DNA of 48,771 nucleotides from Bacilli bacterium (lineage in GTDB: Bacteria; Bacillota_I; Bacilli_A; RFN20; CAG-826), in the NCBI GenBank assembly GCA_045597865.1, contig JAZLKX010000021.1, forward strand, positions 1 through 48,771, in the 5' to 3' direction. The stretch's first letter is position 1. The number at the start of each line of letters is the position of its first letter. Shown piece by piece: positions 10,902-22,390 of the stretch. The notes below the pieces were generated by a model. That model was not told the origin of the DNA. It saw only the letters and a list, made by a program, of their open reading frames with translations, and made no database searches. Position numbers and translations under genes: made by a program.

Positions 10902-11447
10902 ATGGCAGAAGAAAAGAAAACTGTAGCCAAAGCTCCAGCAGCAAAGAAAGCTCCAGCAAAGAAGCCAGTAGCAGCAAAAGCAGCCGCTCCTAAGAAAGTT
11001 GAAGCTCCAAAAGCTGAAGAAGTAAAAGCTGAACCAGCAAAAGAAGTAAAACCTGCAAAAGCAGAAAAGAAATCAGCCAAAAAGGTTGAAGAAAAACCTG
11101 CTAAACCAGTTGTTACCTCAGCAAAAGCAATCGCATACGATGTCCGCGTTACTCCACGTAAGGCACGCCTCGTTGTCGATTTAGTTAGAGGAAAAGATGT
11201 TAATGAAGCACTTGGAATTCTCTCCAATGTTAATAAAGCAGCTTCTCCAATTGTTGCAAAAGTTATTAAGTCAGCAGCATCAAATGCTATCAATAACTTC
11301 GGAATGCATGAAGATAAGCTCTATGTAGCAGAAATCTATGCTAATGAAGGCATTAAGATGAAACGTTTCCTTCCAAGAGCAAAAGGATCCGCATCAGGCT
11401 TAGTAAAAAGAACATCCCACATTACAGTTGTGGTTAAAGAAAGATAG
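10902..11447 (+). CDS. rplV: 50S ribosomal protein L22 with ~70 aa N-terminal Ala/Lys/Pro-rich extension
   Basis: Core VRVTPRKARLVVDLVRG...PRAKG...KRTSHITVVV; SD AGGAGGT precedes ATG 10902 and there is no Met near the core start. Confidence 0.97.
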   Translation: MAEEKKTVAKAPAAKKAPAKKPVAAKAAAPKKVEAPKAEEVKAEPAKEVKPAKAEKKSAKKVEEKPAKPVVTSAKAIAYDVRVTPRKARLVVDLVRGKDVNEALGILSNVNKAASPIVAKVIKSAASNAINNFGMHEDKLYVAEIYANEGIKMKRFLPRAKGSASGLVKRTSHITVVVKER

Positions 11448-11461
11448 GAGGAATTACTACA

Positions 11462-12136
11462 ATGGGTCAAAAAGTTAGTCCAGTAGGAATGCGTGTTGGT
11501 ATCAACCGCGATTGGCATTCAAGATGGTTTGCAAACGATCAAGAATTCGCAAAATTCCTTCACGAAGATATTAAAGTCCGTAAATATCTCACAAAAGAAT
11601 TAAAAGATGCTCTCGTCTCACATATTGAAATTGAAAGACGTAAAAATGACAAAGGACACGAAGTCGTCGTTATGATGTTCGTCGCTCGTCCAGGTGTCGT
11701 TATCGGACAAGACGGAGCAAAGATCAACGCTTTAAAGAAAGAAGTTGGTAAGATGCTCAAAGGTTCAACCGTTAGACTTGATGTCGTCGAAGTCAAACAA
11801 CCAGACTTAGATGCACAACTCGTCGCACAATGGATTGCTACCGAACTCGAAAACCGTGCATCATTCAGAACTGCTCAAAAGAAAGCTATTCAACGCGTTC
11901 GTAAAGCAGGTGCTAAAGGATGTAAGACCTTAATCTCTGGTAGATTAGGCGGTGCTGATATCGCACGTAGCGAAGGTTATAAAGAAGGAACAATTGCTCT
12001 TTCCACACTTCGTACCAACGTCGACTTCGCAATCGCAGAAGCTGTCACAGCATATGGTCGTTTAGGTGTTAAAGTTTGGATTTCCAAACCAGAACCAAAA
12101 CCAGAAGCAGAAGATGTCGTAAAGGAGGGCAGATAA
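11462..12136 (+). CDS. rpsC: 30S ribosomal protein S3
   Basis: [33 protein letters not shown]. Confidence 0.98.
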   Translation: MGQKVSPVGMRVGINRDWHSRWFANDQEFAKFLHEDIKVRKYLTKELKDALVSHIEIERRKNDKGHEVVVMMFVARPGVVIGQDGAKINALKKEVGKMLKGSTVRLDVVEVKQPDLDAQLVAQWIATELENRASFRTAQKKAIQRVRKAGAKGCKTLISGRLGGADIARSEGYKEGTIALSTLRTNVDFAIAEAVTAYGRLGVKVWISKPEPKPEAEDVVKEGR

Positions 12137-12137
12137 T

Positions 12138-12554
12138 ATGTTACAACCAAAACGTGTTAAATACCGCCGTCCACATGGCATTAAATATGAAGGCTTATCA
12201 AAAGGCGGTAACGAAGTTTCATTTGGTGAATTCGGATTACAAGCTGTTACAGGCGCATGGATCACAGATAGACAAATTGAAGCTGCTCGTATTGTCTTAA
12301 GCCGTTATACCAAAAAGGAAGGTAAAGTTTACATTCGTATCTTCCCACACTTAGCAAAAACTAAAAAACCAGCCGAAGTCCGTATGGGTTCCGGTAAAGG
12401 TAATCCAGAGCAATGGGTAGCCGTCGTTAAAAAGAACAGAGTTATGTTCGAAATGGGCGGTGTTCCAGAAGCAGACGCACGCGAAGCACTCCGTTTAGCA
12501 GCTTACAAGCTCCCAAATAAGTGCCGTGTCGTCGCAAGAAAGGAGAGTAAGTAA
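12138..12554 (+). CDS. rplP: 50S ribosomal protein L16
   Basis: [29 protein letters not shown]. Confidence 0.99.
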   Translation: MLQPKRVKYRRPHGIKYEGLSKGGNEVSFGEFGLQAVTGAWITDRQIEAARIVLSRYTKKEGKVYIRIFPHLAKTKKPAEVRMGSGKGNPEQWVAVVKKNRVMFEMGGVPEADAREALRLAAYKLPNKCRVVARKESK

Positions 12555-12556
12555 TC

Positions 12557-12754
12557 ATGAAAGTCGCAGAATTAAGAGAATTAACTGATGCAGAGTTAAA
12601 TGAAAAGATTTACTCCCTCAAAGAAGAATTATTTAATCTCCGTCGTAGAAAAGCCGTTGGCCAACTCGAACACGGTGAAGAAGTAAGAAGAGTTCGTAAA
12701 GATATCGCAAGAGCCTATATGGTTCAACGCGAAAGAGAACTCGGTGTCAAATAA
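12557..12754 (+). CDS. rpmC: 50S ribosomal protein L29
   Basis: [22 protein letters not shown]. Confidence 0.96.
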   Translation: MKVAELRELTDAELNEKIYSLKEELFNLRRRKAVGQLEHGEEVRRVRKDIARAYMVQRERELGVK

Positions 12755-12767
12755 GGAGGATTAGACC

Positions 12768-13307
12768 ATGGAAAGAAATTTCAGAACATCACTTCAAGGC
12801 GTTGTAGTCTCTGACAAGATGGATAAGACAATTGTTGTCGAAGTCGAAACTCACAAAAGACACGCCAAATATCTCAAGCGTATTAAATATTCTAATAAGT
12901 ATTACGCGCACGATGAGAAAAACGAAGCCCACGTTGGTGACGTTGTTACCATTATGGGTTGTAGACCACTCTCAGCAACTAAACGTTTCCGCTTAGTCTC
13001 CATTGATCAAAAAGCAGCAGCATCCATTAAAGAAGCTGTCGAAGCAGAAAAGGCAATGGAAGCACAAGTAGAAGAAGTTAAAGCTGAAGTTAAGGTTGAA
13101 GAAAAAGTTGAAGCTCCAGTAGTTGAAGCTCCTAAAGCTGAAGAAGTAGCACCAGTTGCTAAAGAACCAGCCAAGAAGCCAGCAGCAAAGAAAGCTCCAG
13201 CTAAGAAAGCAGCTGCACCAAAAGCTGATGCAGAAGAAAAACCAGCAGCAAAGAAAGCTCCAGCCAAAAAGGCTCCAGCAAAGAAAGCTGCCGCTAAAGC
13301 TGAATAA
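12768..13307 (+). CDS. rpsQ: 30S ribosomal protein S17 with ~95 aa C-terminal extension
   Basis: [29 protein letters not shown] core, then [10 protein letters not shown] repeats. Confidence 0.97.
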   Translation: MERNFRTSLQGVVVSDKMDKTIVVEVETHKRHAKYLKRIKYSNKYYAHDEKNEAHVGDVVTIMGCRPLSATKRFRLVSIDQKAAASIKEAVEAEKAMEAQVEEVKAEVKVEEKVEAPVVEAPKAEEVAPVAKEPAKKPAAKKAPAKKAAAPKADAEEKPAAKKAPAKKAPAKKAAAKAE

Positions 13308-13321
13308 GGAGGCACTAAATT

Positions 13322-13696
13322 ATGATTCAAAGAGAAACTAACTTAGTCGTCGCCGACAATTCAGGCGCACGTTCAGTAAGAGTCTTCAATATTAAAGGAG
13401 GCTCATTCAGAAAATCCTGTGGCATTGGTGACATCGTTACCTGTGCAGTAAAGGAAGCCATTCCAAACGGCCGTGTCCACAAATCTGATATTGTTAAAGG
13501 CATTATTGTTCGTACAAAACATGCTATCAACAGACCAGATGGTTCCCAAATCGCATTCGATGATAACGCAGTTGTCATTGTCGATAACGATGGAAACCCA
13601 GTAGGTACACGTGTCTTCGGACCAGTGGCAAGAGAACTTCGTGAAAAGGGCGAAGGCGCAATGAAAATTGTCTCCCTTGCTCCAGAAGTTTTATAA
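13322..13696 (+). CDS. rplN: 50S ribosomal protein L14
   Basis: [34 protein letters not shown]. Confidence 0.99.
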   Translation: MIQRETNLVVADNSGARSVRVFNIKGGSFRKSCGIGDIVTCAVKEAIPNGRVHKSDIVKGIIVRTKHAINRPDGSQIAFDDNAVVIVDNDGNPVGTRVFGPVARELREKGEGAMKIVSLAPEVL

Positions 13697-13710
13697 GGAG
13701 GACCTACATC

Positions 13711-14022
13711 ATGAAGATTTTAAAAGGTGATAAAGTCGTCGTTATTGCTGGTAAAGACAAAGGCAAAGAAGGCATTGTCCAAGCAGTTTATCCAAAAGTA
13801 AACAAAGTCGTTGTCGAAGGCGTTAACACACACAAGAAACACAAAAAACCAACTCAACAAAACCCAGAAGGTTCAGTTGTTGAAATGTATGTCCCAATCG
13901 ATGCAAGCAATGTTGCTATCGTCGATCCAAAAACTAAAAAAGCATCAAGAGTCGGTTATGGCGTTGACAAAGATGGTAAAAAAGTCAGAGTCAGCAAAGC
14001 ATCAGGCTCCAAGCTTAACTAG
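13711..14022 (+). CDS. rplX: 50S ribosomal protein L24
   Basis: [24 protein letters not shown]. Confidence 0.98.
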   Translation: MKILKGDKVVVIAGKDKGKEGIVQAVYPKVNKVVVEGVNTHKKHKKPTQQNPEGSVVEMYVPIDASNVAIVDPKTKKASRVGYGVDKDGKKVRVSKASGSKLN

Positions 14023-14033
14023 GAGGAAGCAAA

Positions 14034-14750
14034 ATGGCAGAAACCAAGAAACCTGCAGCAAAGTCTGCAGCAGTCAAGAAAACTACTGCTGCTTCTAAAC
14101 CTGCTACAACAAAAGCAGCTCCAGCAAAGGCAGCCGCACCAAAAGCAGTACCTGCTGAAGCAAAACCAGCTGTAAAGAAAGTTTCAAAAGGAAACAAGAA
14201 ACCAGCTCAAACAACTCGTTTACAAGAAAAGTACAATAACGAAATTAAGCCAGCATTAATTGAAAAGTTCCATTACGAATCAGTTATGCAAGCTCCAAAA
14301 CTCGAAAAGATCGTTATTAACATTGGTGTTGGCGACGCTCTTCAAGACAACAAAGCTCTTGATAACGCTGTTAGAGAATTAGCTCAAATCACTGGTCAAC
14401 AACCAGTTACAACAAAAGCTAAGAAATCAATCGCTACATTCAAATTACGTGAAGGCCAAGCAATCGGCTGTAAAGTTACATTACGTGGCTTACGTATGTA
14501 CGAATTCTTAGACCGTTTAGTCTCAATCGCGCTTCCACGTGTTAGAGACTTCCGTGGTGTAAGTAAGAACTCCTTTGATGGTCATGGTAACTATACCTTA
14601 GGCGTCAAGGAACAACTTATCTTCCCAGAAATTGACTACGATAAGGTCAGCAAAATCAGAGGAATGGACATTGTCATTGTTACAACAGCTAAGAAAGACG
14701 ATGAAGCCTATGCATTACTTGAAGCATTAGGAATGCCATTCCATAAATAA
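14034..14750 (+). CDS. rplE: 50S ribosomal protein L5 with ~60 aa N-terminal extension
   Basis: Core from RLQEKY; [30 protein letters not shown]; SD AGGAGG before ATG 14034. Confidence 0.98.
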   Translation: MAETKKPAAKSAAVKKTTAASKPATTKAAPAKAAAPKAVPAEAKPAVKKVSKGNKKPAQTTRLQEKYNNEIKPALIEKFHYESVMQAPKLEKIVINIGVGDALQDNKALDNAVRELAQITGQQPVTTKAKKSIATFKLREGQAIGCKVTLRGLRMYEFLDRLVSIALPRVRDFRGVSKNSFDGHGNYTLGVKEQLIFPEIDYDKVSKIRGMDIVIVTTAKKDDEAYALLEALGMPFHK

Positions 14751-14764
14751 GGAGGACGAATCAA

Positions 14765-14950
14765 ATGGCAAAAACCAGTATGAAGGTCAAATGTGCAAGA
14801 CCTAAAAAATTCAAAGTTCGTGAATATACTCGTTGTGAACGTTGTGGACGTCCTCACTCAGTTTATTCTAAATTCCATTTATGCCGTGTTTGCTTACGTG
14901 AACTCGCTTATAAAGGCGAAATCCCAGGCATGAAGAAATCAAGTTGGTAA
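14765..14950 (+). CDS. rpsN: 30S ribosomal protein S14, zinc-binding type
   Basis: RCERCGRP...[10 protein letters not shown]. Confidence 0.98.
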   Translation: MAKTSMKVKCARPKKFKVREYTRCERCGRPHSVYSKFHLCRVCLRELAYKGEIPGMKKSSW

Positions 14951-14971
14951 TCGATAGGAGGAAATATACAT

Positions 14972-15364
14972 ATGATGACAGATCCAATTGCAGATATGCT
15001 CACACGTATTCGTAACGCTAATGCTTTACGTTATGCCTCCGTCAGCATGCCATCTAGCAAAATGAAAGTTGAAATCGCAAAGATCTTACTCGAAGAAGGA
15101 TTTATTTCTGACTTCAAAGTCTCAGGCGATGTCAAAAAAGAATTAAACATTACTCTTAAATACGGAGCAAATGGCCAAAGAGTCATCTCCGGACTTAAGA
15201 AAATTTCAAAACCAGGCTTACGTGTTAACGCAGGCGCAAATAAACTTCCAAAAGTTTTAAATGGTCTTGGAATTGCAATTATCTCTACAAGCAAAGGAGT
15301 CGTAAGCGACAAAACCGCACGCACATTAGGTGTTGGTGGTGAAGTTCTTGCTTACGTTTGGTAA
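14972..15364 (+). CDS. rpsH: 30S ribosomal protein S8
   Basis: [29 protein letters not shown]. Confidence 0.99.
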   Translation: MMTDPIADMLTRIRNANALRYASVSMPSSKMKVEIAKILLEEGFISDFKVSGDVKKELNITLKYGANGQRVISGLKKISKPGLRVNAGANKLPKVLNGLGIAIISTSKGVVSDKTARTLGVGGEVLAYVW

Positions 15365-15369
15365 TTATT

Positions 15370-15924
15370 ATGTCAAGAATTGGTTTAAAAGTTATCAATC
15401 TCCCAGCTGGAGTCACCATTAATCAAGCAAATGGTGTTGCAACCGTTACTGGTCCAAAAGGATCATTAACAGTCGCTGTTCCTGAAGTTATTACTGTTAA
15501 GGTTGAAGGAACAGAAGTTCATTGCTCACGCGCAAATGAATTAAAACACACAAAACAATTACACGGTACAGTTCGCGCTAACTTAGCAGATGCTGTTACA
15601 GGTGTTACAAGTGGATTCAAGAAAGAACTCACAATTGTCGGTATTGGTTATAGAGCACAAATGAGAGGAAACGACATCGTTATGAACGTTGGCTACTCCC
15701 ATGAAATCGTAATCAAACCAGAACCAACTGTTAAAATCTCATGCACAGACGCAAACAATATTGTCGTTGAAGGTATGTCAAAACAAGCAGTTGGACAAAC
15801 AGCCGCTTTAATTCGTGGTACTAGAGAACCAGAACCATACAATGGTAAAGGTGTTATGTACAAAGATGAACACATCATCCGTAAAGAAGGTAAGCGTGCT
15901 GCAGCTTCAGGCTCAAAAGCATAA
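15370..15924 (+). CDS. rplF: 50S ribosomal protein L6
   Basis: MSRIG, GPKGSL, GIGYRA, PEPYNGKG. Confidence 0.98.
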   Translation: MSRIGLKVINLPAGVTINQANGVATVTGPKGSLTVAVPEVITVKVEGTEVHCSRANELKHTKQLHGTVRANLADAVTGVTSGFKKELTIVGIGYRAQMRGNDIVMNVGYSHEIVIKPEPTVKISCTDANNIVVEGMSKQAVGQTAALIRGTREPEPYNGKGVMYKDEHIIRKEGKRAAASGSKA

Positions 15925-15942
15925 TAAAGGAGAAATTAGTTT

Positions 15943-16299
15943 ATGATAGTTAAAGAATCAAAGAACGTTGTCCGTGTTAGAAAACACGCACGTGTCAGAG
16001 CTAAAATCTCTGGAACAGCTAAATGCCCAAGACTTGTTGTCTTCCGTAGCAACAAGCACATTGAAGCTCAAATCATTGATGATGTTAAGGGTGTTACACT
16101 CTGTGCAGCATCATCAGTTGCATTAAAGCTTGAAAATGGTTCAAACGTTGAAGCTGCAAAGAAAGTCGGCGCCGCAATCGCAGAAGCCGCAAAAGCAAAG
16201 AAAATCTCTGCTGTTGTATTCGATCGTGGTGGTTATGTCTACCATGGCCGCGTTGCAGCATTAGCAGATGCCGCCCGTGAAGGCGGACTTAAGTTCTAA
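15943..16299 (+). CDS. rplR: 50S ribosomal protein L18
   Basis: [26 protein letters not shown]. Confidence 0.98.
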   Translation: MIVKESKNVVRVRKHARVRAKISGTAKCPRLVVFRSNKHIEAQIIDDVKGVTLCAASSVALKLENGSNVEAAKKVGAAIAEAAKAKKISAVVFDRGGYVYHGRVAALADAAREGGLKF

Positions 16300-16310
16300 G
16301 GAGAAAAACA

Positions 16311-16976
16311 ATGGAAGAAGAAAAGAAATTAGAAGCTGCAGCAACTCCTGCAGAAAAAGCTCCTGAAGTTGCTCCTAAAGAACAACCTCATGGAGATCGC
16401 CCACACGGCGACCGTCCACACGGTGATAGACCACATGGTAAAGGTGATCGCCCACACGGAAAAGGCGACCGTAAAGGCCATGGTGATCGTAGAAACCGCG
16501 AAGAAGAACCAAAAGAATTCGAAGAAACCGTTGTCGAGATTAACAGAATTGCTAAGACCGTCAAAGGTGGTCGTAGAATGAGATTCTCCGCATTAGTCGT
16601 TATCGGAAACAAAAAGGGCAAATATGGATTTGGTACAGGCAAAGCTGCTGAAGTTCCAGATGCAATTAAAAAAGCTCTTGAAGCCGCAAAACGCAATACA
16701 TTTGAGATTCACATTGTCAAAGGTGGCACACTTGCTCACGAAATCGTTGGTAAGTTTGGCGCATGCAGTGTCTTCTTAAAACCAGCACCAGAAGGTACAG
16801 GTATTATTGCTGGCGGTCCAGTCCGTGCTATTCTTGAATTAGCAGGTATCCGTAACGTCACATCAAAGGTTTATGGTTCCCGTGCACCAATTAATATTAT
16901 TCGTGCAACACAAAATGGATTAACAAACCTTAAATCATATAAACAAGTCCAAGCATTACGTGCTAAAGCTGAATAA
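16311..16976 (+). CDS. rpsE: 30S ribosomal protein S5 with N-terminal PHGDR-repeat extension
   Basis: [38 protein letters not shown]. Confidence 0.98.
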   Translation: MEEEKKLEAAATPAEKAPEVAPKEQPHGDRPHGDRPHGDRPHGKGDRPHGKGDRKGHGDRRNREEEPKEFEETVVEINRIAKTVKGGRRMRFSALVVIGNKKGKYGFGTGKAAEVPDAIKKALEAAKRNTFEIHIVKGGTLAHEIVGKFGACSVFLKPAPEGTGIIAGGPVRAILELAGIRNVTSKVYGSRAPINIIRATQNGLTNLKSYKQVQALRAKAE

Positions 16977-16990
16977 GGAGGAAAAGGCGT

Positions 16991-17431
16991 ATGAAATTAA
17001 ACGAACTCAAAAACGTTAAAGGTGCTAAAACCGAGTCTTTCCGTAAAGGTAGAGGAATGGGATCAGGAAACGGCAAAAACTGTGGTACTGGTAACAAAGG
17101 TCAAAAATCAAGATCAGGCGGCTTAAAAGCTCCTGGATTTGAAGGCGGACAAACTCCTTTATACCGTAGACTTCCAAAATTTGGTTTTACAAATGGTGCT
17201 CATAAGGAATATGCAATTGTTAATGTAGGTTCCTTAAACAAATTCAAAGAAGGTACAGTTGTCACACCAGCAATGATGATTGATGCTGGACTCGTTAAGA
17301 AAGAATTTGATGGAGTTAAAGTACTCGGCAATGGCGAATTAACAGTTAAGTTAACCGTCAAAGCTTCCAAATTCTCAAAATCAGCAAAGGCTGCAATTGA
17401 AAAAGTCGGTGGCGTAGCCGAGGAGATCTAA
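16991..17431 (+). CDS. rplO: 50S ribosomal protein L15
   Basis: [31 protein letters not shown]. Confidence 0.98.
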   Translation: MKLNELKNVKGAKTESFRKGRGMGSGNGKNCGTGNKGQKSRSGGLKAPGFEGGQTPLYRRLPKFGFTNGAHKEYAIVNVGSLNKFKEGTVVTPAMMIDAGLVKKEFDGVKVLGNGELTVKLTVKASKFSKSAKAAIEKVGGVAEEI

Positions 17432-17433
17432 GC

Positions 17434-18789
17434 ATGAAAAAAATCGCCTCAATCTTTAAAAACAAGGAAATCATGGGTCGTATAATGTTTACGATCATGA
17501 TTTTGCTTGTCATCCGAATTGGCGCGGCGATTACAGTTCCAGGAGTCACTGTTAGTGAAGACTTGAGCAATGCTATGAATAGCGCCAGTGCGGTCGCCCT
17601 CATGGATATGCTTGGCGGTGGAGCGTTACAAAACTTCTCCATATTCGCGTTAGGCGTATCCCCATACATTACTGCCCAAATTATCATCCAACTCTTACAG
17701 AAGGATGTTCTTCCAGCATTAACCGAGTTATCTAAACAAGGTCAATATGGTCGTAAAAAGACAGAGATGGCTACACGTTATCTCACGCTCTTACTTGGTG
17801 CAGTTCAAGCATATGGTATTATCAAGACCATGGAATCGCAACAATACGTTACGATTAACATGGATCTCAATTTCTGGACCTATGCTTACATAGTTACAAT
17901 TATGTTAGCAGGTGCCATGACAGTTATGTGGCTTGGTGACCAAATCACCGAGAAAGGTCTTGGTAATGGTATTTCTATGGTTATCTTCGCAGGTATCGTT
18001 AGAAGCCTTCCAATTCAAATTTCCACAGCATTCAAGACATGGATTGGCTCAGAAGGTATTTATAAAGAACCAACTTTACTTGTTAAAGGCTGGATTCAAT
18101 TTATCCTTTACCTCCTCTGCTTCGTCTTAATTCTTGCATTCGTTGTCTTCATCGAACTTGCAAAGAGAAAAATTCCAGTACAACATACAGGAAAATCTGG
18201 TGGCCAAACAGCCTCTATGGCGCGTGCGTCATTTTTACCTATTAAGGTTAATAGCGCAGGCGTTATCCCAGTCATCTTTGCTTCTTCAATCATGATGACC
18301 CCAACTGTTATCGCATCATTTATTACCACTGACACACCTGAATGGTTAAAAATCTTCTCTTACTCAGAGATGGTCGACATGGGTGGTGGAGTTAAGTTCC
18401 CATGGGGTTTAATTATTTACATTACCCTCATCGTCTTATTCTCCTTCTTCTATGCAACAATTCAGATCGATCCAGAAAACCTTGCAGAGAACTTCCGTAA
18501 AAACGGTAGTTATATCCCAGGTATTAGACCTGGTAACGAAACAGAAAGATACGTTAAGAAGGTTGTTAACCGCGTTACATGTATCGGTGCTATTGCACTT
18601 ACATTCATCGCAGCCTTACCAGTTATTCTTACCTTATCTGGAATCTTCGGCTCTAATACATCCTTAGCCATTGGTGGTACAGGACTTATCATTGCCGTTG
18701 GTGTCTCGTTAGAAGTTAATGATCAAATTAATGGCTTGCTTGCTGGTAAAACATTTGATGAAGTCCAGGCAACAGCCGGAAGGGAATAG
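17434..18789 (+). CDS. secY: Preprotein translocase subunit SecY
   Basis: SIFALGVSPYITAQII, ITEKGLGNGIS, AGVIPVIFA, IPGIRPG. Confidence 0.98.
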   Translation: MKKIASIFKNKEIMGRIMFTIMILLVIRIGAAITVPGVTVSEDLSNAMNSASAVALMDMLGGGALQNFSIFALGVSPYITAQIIIQLLQKDVLPALTELSKQGQYGRKKTEMATRYLTLLLGAVQAYGIIKTMESQQYVTINMDLNFWTYAYIVTIMLAGAMTVMWLGDQITEKGLGNGISMVIFAGIVRSLPIQISTAFKTWIGSEGIYKEPTLLVKGWIQFILYLLCFVLILAFVVFIELAKRKIPVQHTGKSGGQTASMARASFLPIKVNSAGVIPVIFASSIMMTPTVIASFITTDTPEWLKIFSYSEMVDMGGGVKFPWGLIIYITLIVLFSFFYATIQIDPENLAENFRKNGSYIPGIRPGNETERYVKKVVNRVTCIGAIALTFIAALPVILTLSGIFGSNTSLAIGGTGLIIAVGVSLEVNDQINGLLAGKTFDEVQATAGRE

Positions 18790-18792
18790 TAG

Positions 18793-19443
<651 letters not shown>

Positions 19444-19447
19444 AGTC

Positions 19448-20197
19448 TTGATTATTATAAAATCACCACGCGAAATTGAGTTGATGAAGAATGCCGGACG
19501 TGTTGTCGCCTTGGTCTTCGAAGGCATTAAAGACAAAATTGTTCCAGGCATTTCAACTCAAGACGTCGCGGACATGTGCGAAGACATCATTAGAAGTAAT
19601 GGTGCCTATCCAACATTCTTGCATTACTATGATTACCCAGGGGCAGTCTGTGTCTCAGTAAATGATGAAATCGTCCATGGTATTCCTTCTAAAAAGAGAA
19701 TACTTCAGGACGGAGACATTGTTTCTGTTGATGTGGGCGCTACATTAAAAGGTTACATAGGAGATGCTTGCAGAACCTACCCAGTAGGAATCTGTAAAGA
19801 AAATGCATTACGCCTTGTTAAAGTTACAGAAGAATCATTCTGGGAAGGCGTTAAATATGCTCGTCCAGGCGCTCATCTAGGCGATATTAGCCACGCAATA
19901 CAAGAGTACTGCGAGTCTCATGGCTATAGTATTGTTAGAGAATACACTGGACACGGGGTGGGTGCATCCTTACATGAGGACCCATACATCCCAAATTACG
20001 GTTCGGCAGGTACCGGGCCGGTACTAAAAGAAGGTATGTGCCTTGCAATTGAACCCATGGTTTGCGAGGGACACTTCACTGTTCGAGTCTTAAAAGATGG
20101 TTGGACAGCAAAAACAAGAGATGGCAAATTATCTAGCCATTATGAAAACTCAATAGTCATCACTAAAGATGGTTATGAGATTCTAACAAAAATTTAG
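19448..20197 (+). CDS. map: Type I methionine aminopeptidase
   Basis: [31 protein letters not shown]; TTG start at 19448 after GGAGAG. Confidence 0.97.
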   Translation: MIIIKSPREIELMKNAGRVVALVFEGIKDKIVPGISTQDVADMCEDIIRSNGAYPTFLHYYDYPGAVCVSVNDEIVHGIPSKKRILQDGDIVSVDVGATLKGYIGDACRTYPVGICKENALRLVKVTEESFWEGVKYARPGAHLGDISHAIQEYCESHGYSIVREYTGHGVGASLHEDPYIPNYGSAGTGPVLKEGMCLAIEPMVCEGHFTVRVLKDGWTAKTRDGKLSSHYENSIVITKDGYEILTKI

Positions 20198-20210
20198 GAG
20201 GACAAACTTA

Positions 20211-20432
20211 ATGGCAAAAGATGGAGTCATCGAGGTGGAAGCAACAGTCGTTGAAACTCTCCCTAACACTATGTTTAGGGTAAAACTAGAAAACGGCATT
20301 GTTATTCTTGCCCACGTTTCTGGTAAAATCCGCATGCATTACATTCGCATCTTACCAGGCGATAGAGTAACTGTTGAAATGTCACCTTATGATTTAACAC
20401 GTGGGCGTATCACTTATAGATACAAAAACTAG
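20211..20432 (+). CDS. infA: Translation initiation factor IF-1
   Basis: [33 protein letters not shown]. Confidence 0.99.
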   Translation: MAKDGVIEVEATVVETLPNTMFRVKLENGIVILAHVSGKIRMHYIRILPGDRVTVEMSPYDLTRGRITYRYKN

Positions 20433-20465
20433 TAGCATAGGGCTACAGAAGGAGAATTACTTAAA

Positions 20466-20579
20466 ATGAAAGTAAGACCATCAGTTAAACCTATGTGCGA
20501 TAAGTGCAGAGTTATCAAAAGACATGGCAAGGTCATGGTCATTTGTGAAAACCCAAAGCACAAACAACGCCAAGGTTAA
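20466..20579 (+). CDS. rpmJ: 50S ribosomal protein L36 (not in ORF track)
   Basis: Manual translation [37 protein letters not shown]; SD AAGGAG. Confidence 0.98.
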   Translation: MKVRPSVKPMCDKCRVIKRHGKVMVICENPKHKQRQG

Positions 20580-20600
20580 TCATAGGAGGAAAATCATTCT

Positions 20601-20978
20601 ATGGCACGTATAGTCGGGGTTGATATCCCAAATGAAAAGCGTGTTGTTATCTCACTTCAATACATTTACGGTATTGGTGAAACAACAGCTCACAAGATTT
20701 GCGCAGGTGCAAAAGTTAGCGAAGATATCCGCGTTAAAGATTTAACAGAAGAACAACTCGCTGCAATCCGCGCTGAAATTTCAAAATTCAAAGTTGAAGG
20801 TGATCTTCGTAGAGAAGTCGCTCTCAATATCAAACGTTTAGGCGAAATCGGTTGCTACCGCGGTATGAGACACCGTCATGGCTTACCAGTCCGTGGTCAA
20901 AGAACCAGAACAAACGCCCGTACCCGTAAAGGTAAACGTAAAACAATTGCGAATAAGAAAGTCGCATCACAAGGTTAA
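20601..20978 (+). CDS. rpsM: 30S ribosomal protein S13
   Basis: [33 protein letters not shown]. Confidence 0.99.
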   Translation: MARIVGVDIPNEKRVVISLQYIYGIGETTAHKICAGAKVSEDIRVKDLTEEQLAAIRAEISKFKVEGDLRREVALNIKRLGEIGCYRGMRHRHGLPVRGQRTRTNARTRKGKRKTIANKKVASQG

Positions 20979-20996
20979 TGAAAGGAGCAATGAACA

Positions 20997-21386
20997 ATGG
21001 CTACTAAAACAACAGCTCGTAAAAGAAAAATCAAAAGATCTTTTACTAAAGGTGTCGCACATATTCATAGCACCTTTAATAACACAATCGTCACAATTGC
21101 TGACGAACAAGGCAACGTCATTTCTTGGTCCAGTGCTGGCGCATTAGGCTTCAAAGGTGCTAAAAAATCAACACCATTTGCAGCTCAATTAGCTGGCGAA
21201 GCAGCAGCAAAAGTTGCTTTCGATCAAGGTTTACGTTCAGTTGATGTTGATGTCAAAGGTCCTGGATCAGGACGTGAAGGTGCAGTTCGTGCACTTGCAA
21301 ACGCTGGTTTAACCGTTACATCCATCACAGATTCTACACCAATTCCACACAACGGATGCCGTCCACCAAAGCGTCCACGTGGTTAA
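20997..21386 (+). CDS. rpsK: 30S ribosomal protein S11
   Basis: [27 protein letters not shown]. Confidence 0.99.
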   Translation: MATKTTARKRKIKRSFTKGVAHIHSTFNNTIVTIADEQGNVISWSSAGALGFKGAKKSTPFAAQLAGEAAAKVAFDQGLRSVDVDVKGPGSGREGAVRALANAGLTVTSITDSTPIPHNGCRPPKRPRG

Positions 21387-21404
21387 TTATAGGAGGAAGT
21401 CAAA

Positions 21405-22388
21405 ATGGCAAATCTTGCAAAACCATTCGAACGTGTTTCGTTTAAGGTTGCACAAATTGATGCATCCGATAATTATGGTAAATTCGTCATTGAACCTCTT
21501 GAAAGAGGCTATGGCTTAACCATTGGTAACTCTCTTCGTAGAATTCTTCTCGCTTCTCTTCCAGGCGCTGCAGTCTGTGGCGTTGAAATTGAAGGTGCAG
21601 AACACGAATTCTCAGCTTTAAAAGGTATCGAAGAAGATGTTACATCAATCATCCTTAACTTAAGAGATATCATCTGGGTTGTTGATGATGAAGAAAAAGA
21701 AGACAAAAAATGTACAGTTTCCGTCAAGGGACCAAAAGTTGTCAAAGCTAGTGATTTAGAATTACCAGCATTTGTCAAAATTGTTAACCCAGACGTCGAA
21801 ATTGCTCACGTAGTTGAAGGTGGAAGCCTCAATATGAACGTCTATCTCCGTAGAGGTAGAGGTTATATGACCGCTGATAACAATAAACAATTACGTGGTA
21901 AAGTCGAAGTTTCACAACTTGGCTACATTGTTACTGACTCAAACTACTCACCAGTCACAAGAGCTTCCTACACAGTAGAACCAGCTCGTGTTGGCCACGA
22001 TTCTAGATTTGACAAGTTAACACTTGAAGTTTGGACAAATGGATCTATTCTTCCACAATCAGCAGTTGCTCTTGCAGCAGAAATGCTCGTCACAAACTTA
22101 ATGCCATTCGTCGACCTTGAAAAGACAGTTGAAGAAATCAACATGATCAAGGAAGAAGAAAAGGTTGAAGAAAACAAATTTGAAGTTATGCCAATTGAAG
22201 AACTTGATCTCTCTGTCCGTAGCTATAACTGCTTAAAGAGAGCTGCAATTTCAACAGTTGCTGAATTAACTCAAAAAACAGAAGAAGAAATGATGAAAGT
22301 TCGTAACCTCGGTAAGAAATCCCTTAAAGAAGTTAAGGAAAAACTTGCTGAAAACGGATTATCATTCCGTGAATACCAAGGAGAATAA
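21405..22388 (+). CDS. rpoA: RNA polymerase subunit alpha
   Basis: EPLERGYGLTIGNSLRRILL, LDLSVRSYNCLKRA, RNLGKKSL. Confidence 0.99.
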   Translation: MANLAKPFERVSFKVAQIDASDNYGKFVIEPLERGYGLTIGNSLRRILLASLPGAAVCGVEIEGAEHEFSALKGIEEDVTSIILNLRDIIWVVDDEEKEDKKCTVSVKGPKVVKASDLELPAFVKIVNPDVEIAHVVEGGSLNMNVYLRRGRGYMTADNNKQLRGKVEVSQLGYIVTDSNYSPVTRASYTVEPARVGHDSRFDKLTLEVWTNGSILPQSAVALAAEMLVTNLMPFVDLEKTVEEINMIKEEEKVEENKFEVMPIEELDLSVRSYNCLKRAAISTVAELTQKTEEEMMKVRNLGKKSLKEVKEKLAENGLSFREYQGE

Positions 22389-22390
22389 TT

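Noticed and set aside
8379-14197. Antisense Ala/Ser/Phe-rich ORFs (8379-8747, 10883-11293, 13007-13330, 14015-14197)
   Set aside because: They are shadows of the low-complexity GCA/GAA/AAA codon runs in the r-protein tails.
21387-21404. rpsD absent between rpsK and rpoA
   Set aside because: This is normal for Bacilli, where rpsD is encoded elsewhere.
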